Shown here: one piece after another, positions 17,810 to 25,175 of the stretch
Layout of the letters: each line of letters opens with the position of its first letter
Position numbering within the stretch: the stretch's first letter is position 1
Assembly (NCBI GenBank): GCA_030017715.1
Contig: JASEIU010000001.1
Span: 782,276 to 846,275, forward strand
Length of the DNA stretch: 64,000 bases
Reading direction: 5' to 3'
Source: Candidatus Saccharicenans sp.
Lineage (GTDB): Bacteria; Acidobacteriota; Aminicenantia; Aminicenantales; Saccharicenantaceae
The notes under the pieces: generated by a model
What the model was told of the DNA's origin: nothing
What the model saw: only the letters and a program-made list of their open reading frames with translations
Database searches by the model: none
Program-made: the position numbers and the translations under genes

Positions 17810-19255
17810 GTGAACGAAGAAAGATTGGTGACTCAGATTACTCCCAAGAGCGAAGATTTTTCTCGCTGGTATGTAGACCTGATCAGGCGGGCCGAACTGG
17901 CTGATTACGCTCCGATGAAGGGCATGATGGTCATCAGGCCTTACGGTTATGCCATCTGGGAAAATATCCAGAGGTTGCTCGACCGGCGCATCAAAGCCAG
18001 CGGCCACGTCAATGCCTATTTTCCGGTGTTCATACCGGAGAGCTTTTTACGAAAGGAAATGGAACACCTGAAAGGCTTTGCTCCGGAAGTGGCCTGGGTG
18101 ACCCACGGCGGAGAAGACGAGCTGGAGGAGAGACTGGCCGTACGGCCGACCTCCGAGGCCATCATCGGCCATATGTATTCCAAATGGATTCAATCCTGGC
18201 GGGACCTGCCGGTGCTGATCAACCAATGGGGCAACGTCGTTCGCTGGGAAAAAGTAACCAGACCTTTCCTGAGGACGACAGAGTTTCTCTGGCAGGAAGG
18301 TCACACCGCCCACGAGACCTTTGAGGAAGCCCAGGAAGAAACTCTCCGCATTCTGGAGATGTACCGAGAATTCGTGGAAACCGAACTGGCCATCCCGGTT
18401 CTGGCCGGGAAAAAAACCGACCGGGAAAAATTTGCCGGGGCCGAAGCCACCTATGCTATCGAAGCTCTGATGTCTGACGGCAAAGCCCTGCAGATGGGTA
18501 CGTCCCATAACCTCGGCCAGCATTTCGCCAGGGTCTTCGACATCAAGTTCGAGGACCGAAATCAGAAGCTCCAGTATGTCTGGCAAACTTCCTGGGGAGT
18601 TTCCACCCGGCTGATTGGAGCCCTGGTTATGTCCCATGGGGATGATTCCGGCCTGGTATTCCCGCCTCAGGTAGCGCCGATCCAGGTGATAATAGTCCCG
18701 ATCTCCATCGGCAACTGGAGGGAGAGCGTGCTGCCGGTGGCCCGAAAACTCAAAGATTCTCTGCAGCAGGCCGGCTACAGAACCCACCTGGATGACCGGA
18801 GCGAATATACTCCCGGCTGGAAGTTTTCCGAGTGGGAAATGAGGGGCGTGCCGCTGCGCCTGGAGATAGGTCCGAGAGATGTTAAAAACAACCAGGTAAT
18901 TGCCGTCCGCCGGGATACCAAAGAAAAAAGCGCTCTGGAGATGAGCGGAATAGAGGGCAGGGTCGGAGAGATGCTGGTCGTCATTCAAAAAACCCTGTTC
19001 GAGAGAGCCCTGTCTTTCCAGAAAGAAAACACCAGAGAGGCGGAAAATTACGAGGAGTTCAAGAAGACAATCGAAGAAAAACGCGGTTTCATCCGGGCCC
19101 TGTGGTGCGGAGGAGAAGAATGCGAAGCCCGAATAAAAGAAGAAACCATGGCCACCATCAGAGTCATCCCCTTCCAGGAAAATAATGTCACCGGAAAATG
19201 CGTTTGTTGCGGGCAGGAAGCCAGGACCAATGCTTATTTTGCCAGGGCCTATTAA
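17810..19255 (+). CDS. proS: Proline--tRNA ligase, archaeal/eukaryotic-type
   Basis: 481 aa. N-terminal FSRWYVDLIRRAELADY..MVIRPYGYAIWENIQ. Class II motifs. C-terminal Zn-binding domain (..CVCCGQEARTNAYFARAY ending in Tyr) is typical of the short archaeal-like ProRS lacking the bacterial INS editing domain. Confidence 0.9.
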   Translation: MNEERLVTQITPKSEDFSRWYVDLIRRAELADYAPMKGMMVIRPYGYAIWENIQRLLDRRIKASGHVNAYFPVFIPESFLRKEMEHLKGFAPEVAWVTHGGEDELEERLAVRPTSEAIIGHMYSKWIQSWRDLPVLINQWGNVVRWEKVTRPFLRTTEFLWQEGHTAHETFEEAQEETLRILEMYREFVETELAIPVLAGKKTDREKFAGAEATYAIEALMSDGKALQMGTSHNLGQHFARVFDIKFEDRNQKLQYVWQTSWGVSTRLIGALVMSHGDDSGLVFPPQVAPIQVIIVPISIGNWRESVLPVARKLKDSLQQAGYRTHLDDRSEYTPGWKFSEWEMRGVPLRLEIGPRDVKNNQVIAVRRDTKEKSALEMSGIEGRVGEMLVVIQKTLFERALSFQKENTREAENYEEFKKTIEEKRGFIRALWCGGEECEARIKEETMATIRVIPFQENNVTGKCVCCGQEARTNAYFARAY

Positions 19256-19312
19256 GCCGGCTCTGACTTCATTTCCGGACAGCCCGATTTTTAAGCGGCC
19301 AGGAGAGGGGGC

Positions 19313-19951
19313 GTGAATCAGGATTCGGCCTACGACCGGGAAAGGAAGGATATGGTCGACTTCCAGATCCGCCGCCGCGGGGTCAGCGACCGAAAAGTCC
19401 TGAAGGCCATGCTCAAGGTGCCCCGCCATCTTTTTGTCCCGGAGCAGATGAGAGAACTGGCTTACGGCGACGAACCGCTGCCGATAGGAGAGGGTCAGAC
19501 CATCTCCCAGCCCTACATTGTAGCCTATATGACGGAAGCCCTCAGGCTGCGCGGCCGGGAAAAAATGCTGGAAATCGGAACCGGTTCCGGTTATCAGACG
19601 GCCATTCTGGCTGAGATAGCCAGAGAAGTCTATACCGTGGAATTGATTCCTGAGCTTTCGGCCCGGGCCCGGGGTCTTCTGGAAAAGCTCGGCTATCGAA
19701 ACATTAACTTCCGGGTTGGAGATGGCACCCTCGGCTGGCCGGAGCATGCTCCCTATGATGCCATTCTGGTTTCAGCCGCTCCGGCTTCGGTACCGCCGGC
19801 CCTGATTGATCAGCTAAAGGTGGGCGGGAAGATGATTATCCCGGTCGGCACCGATTTTCAGGAACTGGTTCTGGTGACCAGAAAAGAAAGCGGCTGGGAA
19901 GAACAGAGACTGATCGGTGTGCGTTTCGTGCCTCTTATTACCGTGCATTGA
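19313..19951 (+). CDS. pcm: Protein-L-isoaspartate O-methyltransferase
   Basis: 212 aa. ..QTISQPYIVAYMTEAL..KMLEIGTGSGYQTAILAEI..DAILVSAAP are PCMT signatures. Confidence 0.9.
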   Translation: MNQDSAYDRERKDMVDFQIRRRGVSDRKVLKAMLKVPRHLFVPEQMRELAYGDEPLPIGEGQTISQPYIVAYMTEALRLRGREKMLEIGTGSGYQTAILAEIAREVYTVELIPELSARARGLLEKLGYRNINFRVGDGTLGWPEHAPYDAILVSAAPASVPPALIDQLKVGGKMIIPVGTDFQELVLVTRKESGWEEQRLIGVRFVPLITVH

Positions 19952-19994
19952 AATAATTCTGATTTCAGGGCAAAATGATGACAGGAGAAAAAAA

Positions 19995-20480
19995 GTGCAA
20001 CCATCGGCTCTTGTCAAGCGAGCTTTGATCGTGACGGTTCTGAGTCTGGCGGTTATGACCCAGCTTTACTGCCAATCCGGCCGCCGGGATAAGTTCATCA
20101 AGGTTTATCTTCCGGGCGGCCAGGAAATCATGGCCGAGCTGGCCGTTACTCCGGCCGAAAGGGAAAGGGGCCTGATGTTCCGGGAAAAGATAGAGCCGGA
20201 CCAGGGGATGTTGTTTGTTTTCGAGGACGAAGACCTGTATTCTTTCTGGATGAAAAACACCCTGATTCCCCTGGACATAATCTGGATCAACTCTCACCGG
20301 CAGATAGTTCATATCGAGAAAAATGTCCCGCCCTGCACCCAGGACCCCTGCCCGGGGTACATGCCGCGCCAGCCGGCCCTCTATGTGCTGGAACTTAAAG
20401 CCGGTCAGGCCGAGGCCAATAACCTCCAGCTCTATCAGAGAGTGTCTTTTATTCTCCCGGCCTGGGTTAAGAAAAAATAG
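19995..20480 (+). CDS. DUF192 domain-containing protein
   Basis: Track ORF starts at 19917 overlapping pcm. The more plausible start is GTG 19995 preceded by AGGAGA. Core ..VTPAERERGLMFRE..GMLFVFEDEDLYSFWMKNTLIPLDIIWINSHRQIV..ALYVLELKAG matches DUF192 (COG1430). N-terminal hydrophobic segment. Confidence 0.7.
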   Translation: MQPSALVKRALIVTVLSLAVMTQLYCQSGRRDKFIKVYLPGGQEIMAELAVTPAERERGLMFREKIEPDQGMLFVFEDEDLYSFWMKNTLIPLDIIWINSHRQIVHIEKNVPPCTQDPCPGYMPRQPALYVLELKAGQAEANNLQLYQRVSFILPAWVKKK

Positions 20481-20505
20481 GGCAGTCCGGCAAATTGGGG
20501 CTGGC

Positions 20506-21126
20506 CTAATTTCCTGTTTGATAGATCAATTGCGGTTTCTTTCCGGCTGTCTGTCCGTGGTAGAAAAGCCACTTATTATAATATTCTTCATCCATATATA
20601 TTTTTACGGCTTTCCGGTCGGAAGAGCTGACCACTCCCACAATCTGCGGGTTTCTTATTTTTTTCAGGTTGTCTTCGGGCACCACCAGCAGTTTATCGGC
20701 TGATTGAGTTTCTCCGGCCCGGACCGTTCCCCGCCCGGCCTCGGACGGGGAGGGTAGCAGAAGCAGGTTCCATTTTCCGGTTTCCGACATCGGGTCGCGG
20801 TAGATTCTTCTCAAGCATTTTTCCTTGACCAGGTCTTCCAGCGAAGAAGGGTAGGCGCCTGGCTTTTTTTGTTGATAGAGCCTGACCGCCTCGACAAACT
20901 GTTTGCCCCGGAAAATCAATTCCTCTTCCTTTTCTCGTCGGAGCTGGGTTTCCAGAACCGGAACGGCTACCAGCAGCCCGAGGCTCAGGACGAAAATGGC
21001 GATCAGCAACAGGAGCAGGGTATAGCCGGGTGGTTGAGACAGTTGAAATGATAACAACCGAAGCCCGCCTTTAAGATCAGGCTGTCTTTTTTCCCGGGTC
21101 GGTCTGGAGGTTTTTCCGGTTATCAT
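20506..21126 (-). CDS. Pseudopilin-like protein (atypical prepilin motif GYTLLLLL, no Glu+5)
   Basis: 206 aa. N-terminal ..PPGYTLLLLLIAIFVLSLGLLVAVP is a hydrophobic pilin-type helix. It is followed by ..FVEAVRLYQQKKPGAYPSSLEDLV..RIYRDPM..GKWNLL reminiscent of GspG-type pseudopilins. True start uncertain. Confidence 0.5.
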   Translation of the reverse strand: MITGKTSRPTREKRQPDLKGGLRLLSFQLSQPPGYTLLLLLIAIFVLSLGLLVAVPVLETQLRREKEEELIFRGKQFVEAVRLYQQKKPGAYPSSLEDLVKEKCLRRIYRDPMSETGKWNLLLLPSPSEAGRGTVRAGETQSADKLLVVPEDNLKKIRNPQIVGVVSSSDRKAVKIYMDEEYYNKWLFYHGQTAGKKPQLIYQTGN

Positions 21127-21137
21127 TCCGGTTTTAG

Positions 21138-21620
21138 CTACCAGGTGTTATAAAGGGTGCCGTCAAGGGCTTTTGCTTCCGAGCCCGACTTAACGTCTAC
21201 CACTCCCAGGTTCTCGTAGGGGACATATTCGTCGGCCGGCGGCATCTGCCTGACCTCAACCCAGGTTTCGCTGGAACCGGTAACGGGGTCAATGGGTATG
21301 GATTTCAGGTAGTTTTCTTCCACCAGCGACTGCAGAGTCGGCGGGTATTTATGCTTATCCTGGTAATACTGGTCGATCATTTTGCGCATGACAAACAGAT
21401 TTTCCTTGAGAACGGCCTCTCTGGCCCGTTTGACCGACATCTGGTACTGGGGCACAGCCAGTCCCAGCAGGATGCCGATGATTGACAGGACTATCAGTAT
21501 TTCTATCAGGGTGAAGCCGCGGTTGTCGTTTATCCCTCTCATGCTGCCTATCTTACCAGTCGCTGTATTTTGTTCCGTCCAGAGCCCTGGCCTGACTCCG
21601 GGTGTAAACATCATAGACAT
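21138..21620 (-). CDS. Type II secretion system GspG-like pseudopilin (paralog A)
   Basis: RGFTLIEILIVLSIIGILLGLAVP prepilin cleavage/methylation motif with Glu+5. C-terminal ..ALDGTLYNTW is the GspG-type ending. Coordinates follow the track ORF (ATG 21620 with GGGAGA RBS, overlapping the upstream paralog by 68 nt). An internal Met at 21542 (MRGINDNRGFTLIE) would give a conventional short leader. Confidence 0.7.
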   Translation of the reverse strand: MSMMFTPGVRPGLWTEQNTATGKIGSMRGINDNRGFTLIEILIVLSIIGILLGLAVPQYQMSVKRAREAVLKENLFVMRKMIDQYYQDKHKYPPTLQSLVEENYLKSIPIDPVTGSSETWVEVRQMPPADEYVPYENLGVVDVKSGSEAKALDGTLYNTW

Positions 21621-22065
21621 TTTCTCCCCCCCAGCTGTCGGAATCGGGTTTGTCCTGGTAGGAACGAAGTCCCCAATCGTAAGAGTTGGTCATCGGGTCC
21701 AGGGGAATTTTTCTCAAGAAGCGAACCAGAACCTTTTTGCTGGTCTTCCGGCCTGATTGGTCGCTGATATCCTGTTCCACTTCCACCCCCCTGACCAGGG
21801 TTTCGAGGTCCGGAGGATAGCCAAAGCTCTCCGGCTCAACCTTGATTTTCTTCTCGTCGGCCAGCTTTTTGTAATCGTCGATGGCTTGCCTGATCATCCT
21901 CAGATTTTGCTGGAGCTTGATTTCCTTTTCCCGTTTGACCGAGGTCTCGATAACCGGCACGGCCACCACAGTGAGCAGGGCCAGAATGGACAGGGTAACG
22001 ACCATTTCCAGGAGGGTAAACCCCTTTGGCCTCCGTTCCCGGATGCTCCTGGATGAGTCCATCAT
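21553..22065 (-). CDS. Type II secretion system GspG-like pseudopilin (paralog B)
   Basis: 170 aa. KGFTLLEMVVTLSILALLTVVAVP prepilin motif. C-terminal ..ALDGTKYSDW. Starts 16 bp after the pnp stop on the same strand. Confidence 0.75.
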   Translation of the reverse strand: MMDSSRSIRERRPKGFTLLEMVVTLSILALLTVVAVPVIETSVKREKEIKLQQNLRMIRQAIDDYKKLADEKKIKVEPESFGYPPDLETLVRGVEVEQDISDQSGRKTSKKVLVRFLRKIPLDPMTNSYDWGLRSYQDKPDSDSWGGENVYDVYTRSQARALDGTKYSDW

Positions 22066-22080
22066 ATTTTTTTATCTTAA

Positions 22081-24270
22081 TTAAAACCTGTTTCGGTCAC
22101 CTCTGGAGCGCGGCTGGTTGAAACCGTGAGGCCGGCGGTCGTGGGAATGCCCGTGGCTGCGACGTTCTCCTTCGCCCTTGGGCCGGGGCTCGGTTTCTTC
22201 CAGGGCTTTCTTGCTCAGACGGATGCGGTTGTTCTCTTCGTCTACATCGATCACTTTGACGGTCAAAGTCTGTCCCAGGCTGATTTCATCTTTGATGCTG
22301 CGGACCCGGTAGGGAGCCACTTCGGAAATGTGAAGCAGCCCGACGATGTTGGGCAGAATTTCGACAAAGGCTCCGTATTCTTCCAGCCTGACCACCTTTC
22401 CGGTGTAGACTTTGCCCAGCTCCACTTCGGCCGTGATTTCTCTGATCATCTGTTTGGCTTTCTCGGCCGATTCCACGTCGTTGGCGGCGATGGTCACCTT
22501 TCCGGTTTCCTCGATATCAATCTTGGCGTTGGTCTGGGCCACTATTTTCTTGATAATCTTGCCGGCCGGTCCGATGACATCGGGTACCTTTTCCGGGTTG
22601 ATTAACAGAATGAATATCCTCGGGGCATAGGGAGAAAGCTCCGGTCTCGGCTCGGGCAGAACCGCCTTCATTTTTTCCAGAACTTGAAGCCTGGCTTCTC
22701 GCGATTGCCACAGGGCCTCTCTCAATATCTGGGGCGTCAGGAAGGGGATCTTGAGGTCGAGCTGGATGGCCGTGATGCCCTTTTCCGAGCCGGTCACCTT
22801 GAAGTCCATGTCGCCGTAGTGGTCTTCCAGACCGGCGATATCGGTCAGGATGGCGTAGCGGTCGCCTTCCTTTACCAGGCCGGTGGCGATTCCGGCCACC
22901 ACCATTTTCAGGGGCACGCCGGCGTCCATCAGGGCCAGGACCCCGCCGCAAACGGTGGCCATGGAGGACGAGCCGTTAGATTCCAGAATGTCGGACACAA
23001 TTCTGATGGTATAGGGGAAGGTCTCCTCGTCGGGAATGGCCGGCAGGATGCCCTTTTCGGCCAGGGCTCCGTGCCCGATTTCCCTTCTTCCTGGAGCTCT
23101 CATGAACGAGACTTCTCCGACGCAGAAAGGCGGGAAATTATAATGCAGCATGAATCTCTTTTCGGCTTCTTCTCCCAGACCGTCGAGCCGCTGAACATCC
23201 TCAAAGGTGCCCAGGGTAACCGTGGCCAGGCTCTGGGTTTCGCCGCGGGTAAAGAGGGCGGAACCATGGGTGCGGGGGAGCAGCCCGACTTCGATGCTGA
23301 TCGGGCGCAGTTCGTTGAAGGCCCGGCCGTCGGCCCGGCGTCCTTCGTTCAGCACCAGCTCCCGCACCAGCTTCTTCTGCAGGTTATAGAAAATATCTTT
23401 GGTTTGAGTTATTTCTTCAGTATTCTCTTTGGGAATATCAGCCAGCAGGCGGTTGAGGATTTCATCGGCCGCTTTTTCGCTGGCCTTTTTATCCTTGATT
23501 TGAATGGCCTGAAGAAGTTCCTCCCGGACTGACTCTTCGACCTTTTTAACTTTTTCCAGGTCCGGAGTCTTGGCCTGAACCGGGAATTTCTTTATGTTTA
23601 GCTGACTGAACAGCTCTTTCTGGGCCTGAACAATTTTCCTGATTTCCGCCTCGGCCAGCAGCAATCCCTCCAGCACCTTTTCTTCTTCCACTTCGTTGGC
23701 CCCGGCCTCAATCATGCAGATGCCGTCTTCATTGCCGGCCACCACCATATTCAGAATCGAATTCTCCAGCTGGCTGGCTCTGGGGTTGATTATAAATTGG
23801 CCGTCCACCAGACCGACCTTGACCGCTCCCAGCGGAGCGGCAAACGGAATCTCTGAGAAATACAGGGCCGCCGAGGCTCCGATAATTCCCAGAGTGTCCG
23901 GTTCGTTTTCCAGGTCGGCCGACAGCAGCAGGGCCACCACCTGGGTATCCTGAAAATAACCTTCGGGAAAAAGTGGCCGGATCGGCCGGTCGATTAGTCT
24001 GGCCACCAGGATTTCTCGCTCGGAGGGCCTACCCTCGCGCTTGAAAAAACCGCCGGGAATCTTTCCGGCAGCGTAGGTGTTTTCCCGGTAATCGACGATC
24101 AGCGGCAGAAAATTCTTTTCGCCCGAAACTTCCTTTTTGCAGGTAGCGGTAACCAGCATGATGGTGTCGCCGTAGCGCACCAGAGCCGAACCGTCAGCCT
24201 GCTTGCCCACTTTGCCGAGCTCTATGGATAGAGTTCGACCACCGATTTCAATATTGATAGTGTTAGACAT
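22081..24270 (-). CDS. pnp: Polyribonucleotide nucleotidyltransferase (PNPase) with Arg/His-rich C-terminal extension
   Basis: 729 aa. Two RNase PH-like domains, KH and S1 domains (..GKVVRLEEYGAFVEILPNIVGLLHISEV..). C-terminal ..RPKGEGERRSHGHSHDRRPHGFNQPRSRGDRNRF tail. Confidence 0.92.
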   Translation of the reverse strand: MSNTINIEIGGRTLSIELGKVGKQADGSALVRYGDTIMLVTATCKKEVSGEKNFLPLIVDYRENTYAAGKIPGGFFKREGRPSEREILVARLIDRPIRPLFPEGYFQDTQVVALLLSADLENEPDTLGIIGASAALYFSEIPFAAPLGAVKVGLVDGQFIINPRASQLENSILNMVVAGNEDGICMIEAGANEVEEEKVLEGLLLAEAEIRKIVQAQKELFSQLNIKKFPVQAKTPDLEKVKKVEESVREELLQAIQIKDKKASEKAADEILNRLLADIPKENTEEITQTKDIFYNLQKKLVRELVLNEGRRADGRAFNELRPISIEVGLLPRTHGSALFTRGETQSLATVTLGTFEDVQRLDGLGEEAEKRFMLHYNFPPFCVGEVSFMRAPGRREIGHGALAEKGILPAIPDEETFPYTIRIVSDILESNGSSSMATVCGGVLALMDAGVPLKMVVAGIATGLVKEGDRYAILTDIAGLEDHYGDMDFKVTGSEKGITAIQLDLKIPFLTPQILREALWQSREARLQVLEKMKAVLPEPRPELSPYAPRIFILLINPEKVPDVIGPAGKIIKKIVAQTNAKIDIEETGKVTIAANDVESAEKAKQMIREITAEVELGKVYTGKVVRLEEYGAFVEILPNIVGLLHISEVAPYRVRSIKDEISLGQTLTVKVIDVDEENNRIRLSKKALEETEPRPKGEGERRSHGHSHDRRPHGFNQPRSRGDRNRF

Positions 24271-24299
24271 GGTTAAAACTCGATTTTACGGCGGATGGC

Positions 24300-24566
24300 C
24301 TATTTTCTAAGGTTCAATTTCTTGATGAGTGCCAGGTACCTCTCCTTATCATTTTCCTTGAGGTACTCCAGCAACCTTTTCCTCTGCCCGACCAGCTTCA
24401 TCAGACCGCGCCTGGAATGAAAATCCTTCTTGTGGGTCTGAAAATGAGTGATCAGCTGGTTAATCCTTTCGGTCAGGAGGGCAATCTGAACTTCCGGAGA
24501 GCCGGAATCAGACGCATGCACCTGATTGTCCTGAATGATTTTGGTCTTGGTTTCTTTCGTTAACAC
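24300..24566 (-). CDS. rpsO: 30S ribosomal protein S15
   Basis: 88 aa. ..[48 protein letters not shown] is the S15 signature. 29 bp upstream of pnp. Confidence 0.92.
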   Translation of the reverse strand: MLTKETKTKIIQDNQVHASDSGSPEVQIALLTERINQLITHFQTHKKDFHSRRGLMKLVGQRKRLLEYLKENDKERYLALIKKLNLRK

Positions 24567-24675
24567 TCTTTTAACTCCTTATATTTCCTGTAAATGATAC
24601 CAGAAATCGGCCCGAATGTAAAATGCCTAAAATATTGACTTTAGGAGAATTATAATTTTAATCGTTCCGGGCGGA

Positions 24676-24846
24676 TTAATTGCTGCCGGTCAGGGCTTTC
24701 TTCCTGGTCAGCAGGGCCCAGGCATAACGAGACTGCCAGCGGCCTTCAGCTTTTTTAATTTCTTCCAGTCTGGCCTCGATTTCAGCCAGGGTTAAGCGAT
24801 TGATTTTCTTGTTCTTTGCGGTTCTGTCAGCGGCCGAATCAGCCAT
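24676..24846 (-). CDS. Hypothetical small protein (56 aa), not in ORF track (below length cutoff)
   Basis: ATG preceded by GGAGG at 6-nt spacing. Encodes MADSAADRTAKNKKINRLTLAEIEARLEEIKKAEGRWQSRYAWALLTRKKALTGSN. Sits directly upstream of rpsO on the same strand. Confidence 0.45.
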   Translation of the reverse strand: MADSAADRTAKNKKINRLTLAEIEARLEEIKKAEGRWQSRYAWALLTRKKALTGSN

Positions 24847-24940
24847 CTTTTACCTCCAGCGATGTAAAAAGAGCATATTTTAATAGCAGAAATGAGCTGA
24901 TTTGGCAAGGGTTCCCGCGGTTAGAAATGCCCTTTATTAA

Positions 24941-25035
24941 GGATGGTCCTGTCACGGCGCGCTTCCTCCCGTCCCAGCTCCACCCATCCACCCGTGGGAA
25001 GCCCCTTTCGCTGCGGGCGCCTGACCGGAGAGGAA
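24941..25035. repeat. Copy A (about 95 bp) of the intergenic repeat family, core GGTCCTGTCACGGC..CCACCCATCC..GGGAAGCCCCTTTCGCTGCGGGCG
   Basis: Close to 85 percent identity by eye to 28303-28374 (copy B), and shares the core with 30866-30917 and inverted 52812-52886. Lies in the divergent region between the small ORF/rpsO and the D-aminoacylase gene. Confidence 0.8.
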
Positions 25036-25127
25036 GGAGCGCTATTCTTCTTTAAGAGTATACTGGTGGATAGAAAAAGCGTCCTCTACATAAATACCCT
25101 GCTGCAGGCTCGATTCAAAGAGAAGGC

Positions 25128-25156
25128 TTGATAATAAAGAGGGTATGATTTATTCT
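25128..25156 (+). promoter_or_regulatory. Promoter candidate for D-aminoacylase gene (TTGATA-17-TATTCT)
   Basis: TTGATA at 25128-25133, 17-nt spacer, TATTCT at 25151-25156, 20 nt upstream of the ATG at 25176. Confidence 0.25.
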
Positions 25157-25175
25157 TGAGAAAGCGCGGAAAGCC

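Noticed and set aside
18047-19747. 566-aa ORF on the minus strand
   Set aside because: Entirely antisense to the strongly supported proS gene. Low-complexity G/P/A-rich translation typical of spurious open frames in GC-rich DNA. No RBS or family similarity.
21542-21620. Alternative shorter start for the middle pseudopilin (ATG at 21542)
   Set aside because: Not rejected outright. It would give a conventional short prepilin leader, but the upstream ATG at 21620 has the better Shine-Dalgarno (GGGAGA). Left as track coordinates with the ambiguity noted.
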